The notes under the pieces were generated by a model, which made no database searches, had not been told where the DNA came from, and saw nothing but the letters and a program-made list of their open reading frames with translations. Positions 36,480-49,778 of a stretch of DNA of 64,000 nucleotides are shown piece after piece. Origin of the DNA: Nageia nagi. Taxonomy: Eukaryota; Plantae; Pinophyta. The stretch covers positions 26,040,001-26,104,000 of the forward strand of contig JBITNC010000002.1 in the NCBI GenBank assembly GCA_050084985.1, read 5' to 3'. The first letter of the stretch is position 1. Each line of letters begins with the position of its first letter. The position numbers and the translations under genes were made by a program.

Positions 36480-37750
36480 GCCACCATCAAAGGTTTTATT
36501 TAGTCTAGTGCTTCTTGATTGCTATATAAAAGCCATAAGACAATTCATTAATGATCATCAATTTAAAGTAATCTTCTTCAATGTCAAAAAGAGAGCTAGA
36601 AATAAAATCTTACAAATTATAAGATTCCAAGAAGAATCCCCACCATTGGAATATGTTAGAATCCCCCTTATAGGAAAATGTTTCGAAGTCAAGGACTAGA
36701 AGTTGATAAAGTATAAAATATTCTTCATGTTAAGCCATTAAACACATATGGCTAAGTTTTGGAGGGAGATCTATAATGTAAAATATCGTTTAGTTTGGAG
36801 CAAAAGAAAAATAAAATATGGCCTTTATAAGCTAGGATAAAGCATGTTATTTCAAAGATATGGGAGGCCTCAATATTTAAGCGATAATAATTACTAATCA
36901 AGCCCTAATTGGGAATTTTTATCAGTGATGGCTTTCCTACCCCAAACAACTCTAGTCTAAGGTTCTCCTATTAACATATTATCCCTTTCACATAGAAGAT
37001 GACCTTTCCTAACTTACAACTATAGGTGAAAGGTAAAAAAATTATAAAGTGCAAAGCCCTTATCATAAAAAAATCCTTACTATAAAATTGAAGATGGGAA
37101 TAAGGTCGATTATGGGATGACTCTTGAGAATGTAACCCTCCTATATTTATTCAATATCTCCATATCATTCCTCTAAAATAGGTTATCCATGCTCATGGAT
37201 GGGTTAACATTGAACATTATCTTAAACGTATGAGCAACCAACCATTAAATTAGGCTATGTGTAAAATGGAGAGCAGAAAAGGAAGAACTAAAGGTTATCC
37301 TAGTTAAAAGGACCTATACAAGGAAATTAATATAAGATAAAATCACTTGGCCCTTTGGAAACCTCAACATCTATTCAATTAAAGAGAGATACAAAGTAAT
37401 TCTATTAGCTCCATAATTTATCAAGTTAATTACTTGTCATAGCAGTTAGCCCATAATAACATCTTGCCTCAAGATAACCTATATTAGATAGGCTTTAGAG
37501 GTCCCAATTGATGCATAATACATAATTTCGAAGACAAGATAATTCCACACCTACTCTTCACATGCTCAGATGCCCGAATAACTTGGCTCCAATGGCATAA
37601 CAACTTCAATCAACACGAGTTCCCAATCCCAACCATGAAAATATTTTTGAACTACTAAAAGGTTAATCAATCCAAATAGGGATATGTTTCATATGGTGGC
37701 AATCATGATTGGAAAAAAATAGAAGAATATAGAATACCTGACAAGAGAAT
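36480..37750 (+). mobile_element. Highly degenerate L1 LINE ORF2 3' part
   Basis: FFNVKKRARNKILQIIRFQEESPPLEYVRIPL (LP.KYLGIPL-like), then (W)DKAC..KDMGGLNI and KIEDGNKV..W motifs. Confidence 0.6.
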
Positions 37751-39129
37751 AAATATATTAGAAGTAAAGATAACTAAATAATCTTAATTACCTAAAGAAG
37801 AGGAAGTAATATGGTCTATTATGAAAAATGAAGCAACATCAATAACTTAGATTAAAGACAATATGGATAATATAGATCATCAGACACAAAGCATAAAAGA
37901 CTAAACTCAAGGTTTCTTTAAATGAATAACTAAAAAATAAAGATTAGAAGGGATGAAAAAACTTAGAAAACCCTCTTTAAACTATAAAACTTTTTGGTAA
38001 TCACATGTATGAAAAAAAAAAAGAAAAAAATTAAGATCCTCGATTTTTCAATAACAAGATTCTTCAATAATATTCACAAAATTATTTAAATTTATAAAAA
38101 AATCACTTAAATCTATTAATTCTACTAATTTATTATATAATCACCTTTCCTATTTTAAAGGAGGAACTACTTAGAAAACAAAATCTTTTCTTCAATATAT
38201 TATTTCATTCTTTACATGGATAACAATAAAAAAGAGCCTCCAAATCTTAATTCCCAATACCTAGTATATGGGATAAATATAACATAAACACTAATAACAT
38301 ATGATGTGGACACAAAGGACAAAAATATATTCTCATTTTTGCTAATAGAAATTTAACCTATCTTTTTTTTTTTTCTCAAAAAAACAAGTTATGTATCATT
38401 ATTTAATTGATTAATTGAACTGTTTAATATAAATACGACAAATATTCAATATGCTCGTAGAAAAAGGGAGCCGCTTCTCCCGCACCGAATATCAGAAGAA
38501 GAAATTCCGGCAGCAGCTTTCAAATTCCGGACGCATATTTTCAGAACTTCATTCGTCATGCAAAATATTTTAGCATTATCCTAATAGAATTTTCAGCTTT
38601 TACCAATTTTGGTAGGGATATGGTCCCGGACACTGAGTTTGCTGCCAGGAAGGTTTAACTATGATCCTAAACTTCACACTTGGAAGATATCGGATTGTTT
38701 TTCTGGGCTTGTACGTGTTATAAATCCATGGCGTTGTAAAATTCCGAGCATATTCTCTCCGTACTTCTGCCCTTCAGATTTTCAGCGGCATCCGTTGTCA
38801 TATTCTTTAAAATATGCTCTCGTCATCCGCTCGCTCTCTGCCCTTGGATTCCTTGCGAAGCCGCGCGAACTTTAATTCACCCTCTCTCCTTCCCTCCGAT
38901 AAATTCAAATGGTTCACCTCTCTGGATTTTAGGGGCACTCTCTGCCGTGTCGGATTTCTGCAGGCATGTGTTACACAGAGGGCTTAAACCTCGATCCCGT
39001 CGCCAATGCTGGCCTTTGCGAAGCGAAATCAGCAGTTGTATCACCTGCTCTATTTATAGAAGCAGTGAGGATTTAACATCACAAAAATTTTTGCTAAATT
39101 TTGTTTTTCTCCATTTTTTTGCCATTGAA

Positions 39130-39546
39130 ATGGCTCTAGGTATATGTTTGAATGCCATAACTCCCTGTTTCTGTGGATTGCCTCCCCGGATTGCGTCCTT
39201 CGCGGGTTTTGGGCAAAATTACGAGTCTTCCAAGAGTGTTGGCATGAAACTATGGCTTTCGAAGGGTCTTGGAGCGAAAATTGAGTCTTCCAAGGGTTTT
39301 GGAGGGAAAATTGAGTCTTCCAAGAGCTTTGGAGGGAGGGTTTTGTTGTCCGATAGTCTTATAGAGTGCCGGTGTAAGGTAGATAATGGGAGTTTTGAGG
39401 AGGAGAAGCAGAGGGATGAGGAGCAGCAGTTCGTGGCGTGGTTCAGGCAGGCTTGGCCGTACATTCACGGTTTCAGAGGGAGCACCTTTGTCATAGTCAT
39501 CTCCGGGGAGATCGTGGCGAGTCCCCACTTCGATTGCATTCTTCAG
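39130..39546 (+). CDS. NAGS: N-acetylglutamate synthase exon 1 (transit peptide + start of AAK domain)
   Basis: MALGICL...QFVAWFRQAWPYIHGFRGSTFVIVISGEIVASPHFDCILQ|gtgagt, the ArgA/NAGS FVxWFRxAWPY motif. Confidence 0.93.
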
Positions 39547-41199
39547 GTGAGTTAAGGTACTATTCTCGTTGTTTCTAGATCTTCATTTCTTGTGTTTTTA
39601 GTTCTACATTGTTGATTTCGTTCTGGTTCATAGTATTTTGATGTTAGATGGAGGAGGAATCGGTGACTGGTTACATAATTCTTCGTCTTGTGGTTTAAAT
39701 CTTGGGTTCCTCGTCACTATAACCTCTATTACCTCCAGTTGTATAAACTTTTTTTACGGCAGTGCTGGTACGACCATATTCCCTCCTGTCTACTAGTCCG
39801 CAGGATTTGAACCTATCCTTGAGGCCTATAATCTTAATTTGATTTCTTGAATTGCAGTACTATAGCAAATTGACGCTCCCACGTAACAAGATATGATGAA
39901 CGTAGCATGAAGTTTGTTTTACTAACCCCTGCACTACTGTTTCTACATTTTCTCAGCAGTATCTTCGCAGAAAAAATATTGGAGCGCAATAGGATAATAG
40001 GCAAACAAGCTGTGCGACGTTTTGCCTATGCCTCTGCCTCTTATCTGAACTGCTTATGGAACTTCTTTAAAATTAACATTTCAAGAAGTTACTATTTTCC
40101 TTCAAATTTAAAAAATTAAGACAAAACAATTGAATTAAGGAACATCTACTTAGCTCTATGAGAAATTATCATATCGTTTTTTGGTTATGGGGTCCTAGTC
40201 TTTTTGTTATCATGATCTTACCAATGTATCGATTACCATTCAAGATTCTGTTTTGGGTACGTTATCCGTGCCTGGGAAGACAATATACAAGGCTGGCGTA
40301 GATTGATCGTCGAAGGCTTCATTTACCACAACGCTACCCAATGGTTCATAACTTATAAAGTACGAAACCCTGGTCAATGGTTCAAAATTTATGAAGAAAC
40401 AAAATCCTGTTTCATGTTTTGCAACTTATAGAGTACACTTCATTATCTTTGCTTTTAAAAGGAGTATGGTACGGGGGACTGTGTTTCCTTGTTCTTAGTT
40501 GTGGTTTTATGTGCCTATTGGTGTGCTGGCTTGATCAATATCTTCTGAATGGCCTTTACTTTTTGTACTTGTGTAAACAAATATGAGCTGCCAATCCATG
40601 TTGATCAGTATGCTGGTCAAACTGCGTTCGCAATTTCTATGCTGGTGGGATTGTGTTCCCTATTTATCTCTATGCTGGTTTGACTGCGTGCCCATGTTAT
40701 TACAAAGAGTTTTTTGTACCTTTTGCTTTGCTAGCTAGTCTATTGCCTATAAAAAGACCTTTAGCCTTTAGCTTTTACGTATTTCATAAAAGAAGAATAA
40801 TAAACCATGCAATTAAGGTCAATCTTTATTCTGTTTAATAAGATGAATTTGCTTACACCAGGATAATCTATGCGTATTGTACACCCTTAGCAATTTTACA
40901 TATATATGCAGGGTATCTAAACATCAAGAATCCCGTGAAGGATTTGATTTCTATATATCTGGTAGTTATAGCGTAGCAATACCTTATATTTACATGCAAA
41001 CTCATCTATGATTATGGAAGAAAATGCTTCAAAGCATGACAATTATCCATGTTCCCATTGAGCAGTCAATAGCATACTTTAATTATGGCCTCAGGACACA
41101 TTTGATTTTTCATCTCTGCCAACTGTTTATAAGATTGATATTTTTGAACACCATTCTATCTATTTGTTATCATCTAGATGTTAATGGAAACCAATTTCA

Positions 41200-42580
41200 T
41201 TGGCGATGAGGCAAATGAGTTGATGATCAGTGCCAATATAAAGCGTAAACTATGGGCAGGGCCTTGATAGTAATTGAAGGTATTCAAAGCTGTTAACCTG
41301 CCAAACATATCTTCAAGTTACACAATTAAACACTTTGGACCAGAGTTTTCTTGGGGTGGCCTCCATGGGAAGATATTTGAATGTATCCCTGCCATGTTAA
41401 TCAGTACAATTAAATAGGATGGTATGCTACAGTCTAATGCATAATAAATGTTTTTTAGAGGTGACAAAAACAATATAGGCTTATCCAGTCTATTGATCTT
41501 TTATACAGGTAGATTTATTCAAACACAATGAAGAAACTCCAAATGTCATAGCCATTAATCAATTACTAGTATAGATTGCTCCAACCAGTCCATTTCCACT
41601 TATTGAAACAGTCTAATAACTGCAAAGTAGTTATTCAAGGTCCATCTTTGCACAATTCACTACGATGAAGTACTATCAGACCATCATGCATTAGACAAGA
41701 GAGCATGATCACACCTTTAGGATAGACTTGTAAAGCATTTGAGATCATGTTCAAAACCATGCACACTGCATTTTTGTTAGACAAAACAGTCCTTTAATGC
41801 TAAATAGTAATTTTGCAATAACATCAACTTTTTAGTTCAACCACCAAATAAATATACCTCTGTATAACTCATCCACAATAATGGCTTCCAGATTCTAGAG
41901 AAACCCATAGAATAAATGTCCTCCTAAGCTTGATGTAGTCATAACATAGTCCATGATAAGGATCTTGCTTGGAGCCCAATCCACAGTTCCAGATACCTAC
42001 CATAAAAATGGTGACCTTAATTATTTTGTGCGCACAGATGGCTCCATTTAGGCCCAACCCAGGTAGTGTCTCACTTTTGGATCAAGAGATTTTATTTTCC
42101 TTCAAGAACTGAACTTTCACTAATAGATGGAGTTTTTTGCATTTGGCACTTAAGTTAACAATTGGAATGAATACACGCCATATAGGGTTTGAAATTTTAA
42201 AAGTCACAAAACATAGGAGTTTGGTTGGTCACCTTCCAATTGGACAAAACATCTTAAACAGACCTTATTGCTAAACCATATATCTCCACCTCAGAGGCAT
42301 TAACTTCCAATTTCCTTTGAAATTTCTTAGCACAGAAATATGTTCTTGACTTTGATGTCATCAAAGATTCTAACTTACCACAATAACTTTTTGTATCAGC
42401 TAATGTGTATATGAAAACTAAGCACAAGTCCAAGCTTAGCATTATCATTCTTGAGGTCACAAGAATTTTCCAGAAGGTGACTTGCCCTTCTAGGCTTTCC
42501 ATGTTTCTTTGTCCCATCTAATTCATAATTTGCTTGTCGATAATCAAGTAGACCCTAGAATGATGCTGGTTGGTAGTGAT
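41200..42580 (-). mobile_element. Very old L1 ORF2 C-terminal debris in intron 1
   Basis: Only short motifs recognisable (A*KGKS, WKV, WRPP..). Confidence 0.35.
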
Positions 42581-42714
42581 ATTTAGTAAAACATGAGATT
42601 GATAGTTTGGGTCAAGGCTTCTATCCTTTTAGGTGTGCTCCTCTGTTCTTGTATCTTAGGTGTTTAGGGTTTCCAGTTAGGTCTTCTATGGTAGGTTAAA
42701 TCTATAGGTCCTTC

Positions 42715-42952
42715 CATAGTTATCAAAATCAGCCAGAATCATGATTAATCACCAGCCAATTTTTACTGATTAATCATTATATTTTGCTGTTTTTTCTTTG
42801 GCTCAGGATAAAACACTTTTTGAGGTCAAAAAAGATAATTTGTCTATATAATATATATATGTATTATAATTTTTTCCTATTTACCGATTCTCGATTAATC
42901 CCAATCTGGAAGCCAAACGATTTTTTTGCCAATTCCAATTCTGATAACTGTG
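42715..42952. mobile_element. hAT-type MITE (238 bp)
   Basis: TIR catagttatca/tgataactgtg; 8-bp TSD ggtccttc/ggtccttg. Confidence 0.75.
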
Positions 42953-43731
42953 GGTCCTTGGACTGTGGGAGAGAAGATAGAGATGGGTGAGAAAAGAACA
43001 CGGTTATCATATTATGGCTGGAATATAGATGTAAAGAAATCGATAATTAGGATTCTTAATGAAAAGTTTTCTTTTGTCTTTTAAGTTGGTATCTAGGACA
43101 CAGTATTTATGGTCAAATGGAAGTTGTTAGTGTTTTCGAGAGTGAAGGTTCCTGCCTTCTTACCTGCAAAAACATTACAGCTTTAGTTGTAGTTAGACAA
43201 GAAAATTACCAGCTTTAGTTGTTGTTAGACAAGAACATTACCAGTTATTCAAACTATCCAAGTCATTCTTTATCCAAAGTATCATTCTTAACTTCAAAGT
43301 GAATGAATTGAATAATTGTTTTTATTTGTTTTTTCTCAATTTCATGTGCTTCCAAGGGACTGCAGGCATCAAATATTTGTCTCAACAAAGGAATATGTAA
43401 TCAGCATTGGACTTGTAATTTCTTATTTTATAAAGTTCATCATGGAATATTTTTGATACTTTGAGATACTCGGTAACTGCTGATTTCAGGAGCTGACTCA
43501 AACATATGATGAGATGATGTTGTAGTCTCATCTGACATGATATCACATGAGTTCTCGAATCCTTTGAATTTTTATCTATTCTCCATCAGAAAAGCACTTA
43601 CCAAGTGCAGAGGAACATTTTGGGTACAAGCGCCCTCATGTTTTCTTTGTTGACAAAATAAGTGTAGTATGCTTTCTTTAGCAGTCTCTTTGGAACATTT
43701 TTTTCACTGAAAGTAAACATCTTCATTGCAG

Positions 43732-43819
43732 GATATATCTCTTCTTCATGGTCTAGGAATCAAGTTTGTGATCGTTCCAGGAACACATGTTCAGATTGAT
43801 AAACTTTTGGTAGAGAGAG
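43732..43819 (+). CDS. NAGS: NAGS exon 2
   Basis: cag|[29 protein letters not shown]|gtaagg. Confidence 0.93.
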
Positions 43820-44557
43820 GTAAGGCTTGCATGTAATATAATTGTGGATAAGCTTTTTGATGTATCAAAATCTATGCATAATTTGGAAGTGAACTAAGCC
43901 ATCTTAATTTACACGGGCTGATATTTTCCTAGTGCTTTATACTAGACAGAATTATTTTGCAAACTTGCACACAGAGACATTGTCTCTTTGAAACTTAAAT
44001 ACATGCTATATAAATTAGGACATTTGTTTTGGAGAATTGACTGGGGCTCTAGGGCAGCAACAATTGTATACCAGTACTTGTGTTAGCAATAGTGATTATT
44101 TTTGAGTCTCCTCCAGTGCTTCTTGGGTGGACAGTTGTTATGATGCCTCTAATTCTCTTTAATATTTTGATGATTTTTGTTTTCTTTATTTTACAAAAGT
44201 TATGCGTTCTTGTTTATAAAAGGATATGAAATTTTGGGCATTTTACCCTGTTTGGCACTTATCTGAAAGATGGCTTATTAATACAAAAGTATACTCTGAT
44301 ACATTGGCTGTTTGGTCAAGGGTGTATATCTAAATCAGGCAGAAGTCCTCGATCTATTCTGAAACTCCTTTGTAGACAATATGACAATAGTCACATAGTT
44401 GGAAACATTAATTCATAGTTTATTGGATAAGATGATCAAAGGAGTGACTGGTCTTGTAATCAAGAACATTTGTAATCCAGTACAAATGGCATAATAGGAA
44501 TTTCTCGTCTTTTTTAACAGTGCTTAGGTTATTAGAAATATATGTTTACTTTTGCAG

Positions 44558-44766
44558 GAACCAGGGCCAAATATGTTGGACGTTATCGGATCACAGATTC
44601 TGAATCATTAGAAGCAGCAATGGAGGCTGCTGGGAGAATTCGTTTTGCAATAGAAGCCAAACTCTCTCCTGGACCACCAATCCCAAGTCTTCGTCGTCAT
44701 GGTGACAACAATCGCTGGCATGATGTTGGAGTTAGTGTTGCCAGTGGTAACTTTTTGGCAGCTAAG
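44558..44766 (+). CDS. NAGS: NAGS exon 3
   Basis: [17 protein letters not shown]...[12 protein letters not shown]|gtaagt; phases consistent. Confidence 0.95.
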
Positions 44767-45130
44767 GTAAGTTGGGAAAAATTGAACGAGTCTTAAGTTG
44801 AACATGTAATTGAAGCCATGCTTTAAAAACTCAAGTATAAAATGGCTAGTTCTATAGTAGAAACCAATGAAATATTGAGAAAACAAACATTAAGGTTCCA
44901 AAGGGTTTGCTTTGGTCAAATAAATTGAAATAATAGAGTGCTTGGGCGAGGAGTTGCACTTGTTGCCACTTAGTCTCTTTTCTATTGCTTAAGAATTATT
45001 TTTTGTTAGGCTTTCTATAGTTATATAGGTTTATTTGACGAAACTGAAAGGTGGAATGTTAAGTTGAGATCAAATCAGTTCTGTAACTTTTGCCATTAGC
45101 CAATGCACTTTTTGTGTTGTCTTGAAACAG

Positions 45131-45282
45131 CGAAGAGGAGTTGTTGGTGGAATTGACTTTGGTGCAACTGGAGAGGTGAAGAGAATTGATGTTTCTCGGA
45201 TACGGGAGAGACTTGACGCTAACTGTATTGTCATAGTAAGCAACCTCGGTTACTCCAGCTCTGGGGAAGTTTTGAATTGCAA
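45131..45282 (+). CDS. NAGS: NAGS exon 4
   Basis: RRGVVGGIDFGATGEVKRIDVSRIRERLD...NLGYSSSGEVLNC|gtatgc. Confidence 0.95.
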
Positions 45283-45343
45283 GTATGCCCTTTAACATTC
45301 ATTTTGGCACTTTATTGTTTTGCTGATGGAATGTTTTAAGTAT

Positions 45344-45510
45344 TTTTTTTTTGTTGGGTTGGAGGATGGATTTTTGAATGGAATCCTAACTATTTTTACA
45401 TTCAAATCCGTCATGCATGCATGACAAGTACTACAGCAACAGGGTGATTTGAACCTGCAACCTTCCAGCAGTGAGACATGCACTTAACCAGTGTGGTGTC
45501 CCCTTAGGAC
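45344..45510 (-). mobile_element. tRNA-derived SINE in intron 4
   Basis: 11-bp TSD gttttaagtat (45333-45343, 45511-45521), poly(A) tail, B-box ggttcaaatc on the minus strand. Confidence 0.75.
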
Positions 45511-46675
45511 GTTTTAAGTATATTTTTTGCTAGGCTACTGGAGTCTTGTTTTATAATTTTATAAATTATTCTAGTAAAATGTACTTCATGTGAATAAACT
45601 CCCCGTAAGTGTCATATGGACACACTCTCAATTGTGCTCTGAGAAGTTAAATTCAATTTTATTGACATTTACTTGTTGTGTAGGGTTTTAGGAAATGCCA
45701 TCTAATTAGCTTTATCGCCAAGAATTCAGGGTTCAACTCAAGACTGGATTTGCTGGTGATTACGACTCAGTGGAAAATATATTTATCTTATTGTTATCTA
45801 GAATTTGAGGTTACGTCTAAAGTGATATGAAGCCTGCATATGGTTCACAGATACAAAAATGTTATCCAAGATGACCCAATTTGTAACCAGGGATTCCATG
45901 TTAACAAACAGTTGATGATATTGACCATTTAAGAAATATCCAGAAAATTTTGTATGTATGTTTTTTATTTTGTAGTTTATTGTTTCACACTGTTGTATTC
46001 TATTTCTTGTTACTTCCTATAGATGATAGATCTATGTCCAGTTTCCTAACCAAATCTGGATACTAGTTGCACTTTGTGTGTTTCCTACTTTTCTCAAGCT
46101 CCTGTTTTCAGTCGTATGTTCTTACTTGCTACAATACAATTTATTTCTTTAGTCTTTCTTACTGTGCATTTTCTGTCGTCTGGTCTACCAAATTTCCCAT
46201 TTCCAGAAATTTCAACCTTGATGCACGTCTTGAAATATTCTACAGTTTCTTTATCTTGTATTTTATTGTTTATCTTATTATTTACAAATATATTGGTGAT
46301 AGATTTCACCTTTTATCTATCCTTTCTACAGTGATTTTTCTGTCATCTAGTCGACCAAATTCCCTGTAGAAGAAACTTCAACATTGAGGTAAGTTTATAA
46401 ATTTCTGTGAGTGATGTTGATGTAGTATGGTCACATAAAAGGGTTAAATCATTTTTTGCATGTTCCAGTATTATACAATCAATTGCATATCCTCTGCTTT
46501 CAAAAGGTTTAAACAGGTTGTTTTGCACTTACCAATGCAATTTGTCTCACATGCAAAAGAAGGCCTACTTCGTTGAGTATTTCAAGTAATTTTTAAAAAA
46601 TTTACTCTGCTTTTCAAGATTCTAGAAAGAGGGGCATTTTCTTTAAGTTGAACAACATTTTATGCATGGTCGCAG

Positions 46676-47096
46676 CACATATGAGGTGGCTACTGCCTGT
46701 GCACTAGCTCTTCAAGCAAGCAAACTTATATGTCTTGTTGATGGGCCTATTCTCGATGAAAATGGGAGGCTAATTCGTTACATGACTCTGCATGAGGCGG
46801 ACCAACTTATACGGATGCGAGCAGAAAAGAGTGACATTGCTGCAAACTATGTAAAAGCTGTTGCTGACTCTGATAGTAATTTTATTGGATACTCTGGTGG
46901 GAAAGATAATAATGGTGCTTTTCAACATGATTTGGGTGCAAGTAAAGGTCTTGATCCAAAATTTCAAAATGGTGTTGGCTTTGGTAATGGAAATGGGCTT
47001 GGGGCAGGACTGGGATTTGCAATCGGTGGAGAGGAAAGGTTGAGCAGATTAAATGGTTATCTTTCAGAGCTAGCTGCTGCAGTTTTTGTGTGCAGG
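46676..47096 (+). CDS. NAGS: NAGS exon 5
   Basis: TYEVATACALALQASKLICLVDGPILDE...GFAIGGEERLSRLNGYLSELAAAVFVCR|gtaaga. Confidence 0.95.
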
Positions 47097-48068
47097 GTAA
47101 GAATTTTTTCTGTTGTGTTAAAGTCATTAGCAAGCACTTCTGAGTTATTTGCTTATTTGTTACTCTCAATGGATGTACTTTGAAAACAAACAATCAGCAA
47201 AATTTATAATGGTTACCGAAACATTTTCCCTGTGGAGTCTTACCCAGTACTTCATTAAAGTTCAATTCTGATTTGTTTCTTGCTCATGTTCCCAGGAAAA
47301 CTCACCTGTGAAAATTAACTTGTCAGATGAACGCTTGGTGTACATTTGATGTTATAACAGCAAATATTTGTTCTAAAGCATATATATTTTAGTTAAAAGT
47401 TTGTGTACCACAAAATAAAAACAACTTTAGAAGCATTTTGAATAATATTTAAAAGTGTATCAATTATTGCTTGTTCATCGATTCATCTGTCTATACACAC
47501 TATTGTCTTTTTATACATATCCTCTTCAATATCATATCATATCAAACATGAAAAGTATATACATATGAACATAGGATATGATTCAATGATTGACCACATT
47601 GAGGATTAATACTTGGCAATTATTTGTGCACTTATATTTTAGTATTTAATCATCATTTGCCCTGACAAAACTTTAGGACGAATATTTTCACACACATCCA
47701 TACAAGCTGTTTACTTGGTGACCAAATTATTAATGCGCTGTATTATGGGTATTAATCTTAATGATTATGGAATCAGATGGTATGGATTCCATTTTTTTTT
47801 CGTTGTCTTTTACTCCTGTTGGACGAGATTTTATAGAGATTCAGTTGAGTTGGCAGCATTACTTATATACTCATGACAAATTATTGGAAATCTATGGAAT
47901 TTGGTATTGTGAGATTGCATGTACAAGTTCTGGGGTGATTATTATTGTCCTACATCTGCACAACACATTATTGTTTTGCATTTTCTAATTTAATGTTGTT
48001 TGATGAGCTGGAGAGGACTTTACAACTGTTTTGCTTTTTATCTTTTTAACAATAGCTGTGACATCCAG

Positions 48069-48166
48069 GGTGGTGTGCAAAGGGTCCATCTCTTGGATGG
48101 CACTCTTGGTGGAGCTATATTATTAGAATTGTTCACAAGAGATGGCATGGGAACCATGGTAGCAAG
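48069..48166 (+). CDS. NAGS: NAGS exon 6
   Basis: [32 protein letters not shown]|gtttgt. Confidence 0.95.
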
Positions 48167-49292
48167 GTTTGTTTCTTTCTAAATTTAAACATTCTCATTG
48201 TTATTTATTTAATTAATCACAGATGGAGATTTCAGGGTGTATGTGTGGTTCTTCTGCAAGAAAGCTGTTCTTTTTAATCACATAAAAGGATACACTGTAC
48301 ATCAAGTAAGAGCAGAGTATCATTTGTCTTTGAAGCCCTTCCAGCCTATTAACGAAGTGGAAACATTAATAAGTGAAGCTTACTGTCAGAATCTTGAAAT
48401 TCTTCCTAAACAATCTTTGCTTAGCATGAGTTAGCAGCTGTCATTCATAAATAAATGATTTAATTATACAAACTACAATTTTTTACCTGAAAATGTTGAA
48501 TGTCATATCATGTCTGCAATTGAAGCTATGAAAGAGCTTTCAGCCAAATAATGTAGCATGTATATTGCCTACAAATTAAGATCTCCTCAAGTCTACTCTC
48601 TAATTGACAGGCCTAGGAAATCATGCAATGAAACACTTTTTACTAATATTCAGTATCTGGCAAACATGAATTCCTGGTAGTCTAGTGTTTTAGATCCTCC
48701 TGTTCATGATGCTGTATGAAGTCATCTCAGAGATTGGTCTAGGTAAATCCGTGCTTCCTAGCACATCACTTCACCAAAACTTTTAATCAGACTCTGTTTA
48801 GAAGCAAGGTGTGTGTTAATTCTCCTTATCCACCAGACATCATTATCCGTAATAGGTCCTTTGGAGTTGAATTTTCAGGAATACTGACTTTGAGTTTAAA
48901 ATGGTTGTGTGTAGCATAGGAATCAGATTTTTTGTTCCAATTGACCAGAAACAGCTCCTCCACTTGGGCTCAAACTTTTTGAAGGTTTGTTATTTTTATT
49001 GTAATTGGTTACCATGTTATTTGTGATAGAAAACAGTAAGGAAGACTGTAACAAAATAGCAGAAACATTAACCAGAAGTAACACAGATTTTTACATGGAA
49101 ACCCTTGCAATGTACAAGGAAAAACCACAGGGCAATGGCAGCTCAGATCGTTTATTGATCTCAGAAATTCACACTTTAAGAATAATTGTGCTTTATATCT
49201 AAAAATAGGAAGATTCCACAACAGCTTTATATCTAAAAATAGTTGCTTAAAAATAGTCTTTTTTACTAATAGTTACACACTATTAATAAAGC

Positions 49293-49778
49293 ATTCTAAA
49301 AATAATTGTTGCATGTTATTCATAAAACATAAGAACATCAGAGATCTGGATATTGACTTCACCTCCTAACAATTTGTTACCAGTTAATAGAGCTTATATT
49401 TCTGTTTGTGGACCAAGCTGCTGGATAAAATTTAACATGGAAACCAAATATGGGCTCATATCCCACAATTAATGCAGTTTACATAGACTTTGGAAAATAA
49501 GATGAGAATCAAACATGGGCTCTTATCCCACAATTATTCTAAAAATAATTGTTGCATGTTATTCATAAAACATAAGAACATCAGAGATCTGGATATTGAC
49601 TTCACCTCCTAACAATTTGTTACCAGTTAATAGAGCTTATATTTCTTGTTTGTGACCAAGCTGCTGGATAAAATTTAACATGGAAACCAAATATGGGCTC
49701 ATATCCCACAATTAATGCAGTTTACATAGACTTTGGAAAATAACATGAGAATCAAACATGGGCTCTTGTCCCACAATT
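49293..49778. repeat. Near-perfect 243-bp tandem duplication in intron 6
   Basis: attctaaaaataattgttgc...cccacaatt starts at 49293 and again at 49536. Confidence 0.9.

Noticed and set aside
38947-39129. N-terminal extension of NAGS from a GTG start
   Set aside because: Non-ATG start; the ATG at 39130 has good context and follows a TATA-like tatttatag at ~39051
39745-39830. SINE-like B-box (ggatttgaacc), also at ~53697
   Set aside because: No clear TSD or A-box; too degenerate to call
49010-49370. Possible small solo LTR (tgttat...cctaaca with an atggaaaccc motif)
   Set aside because: No matching TSD could be found
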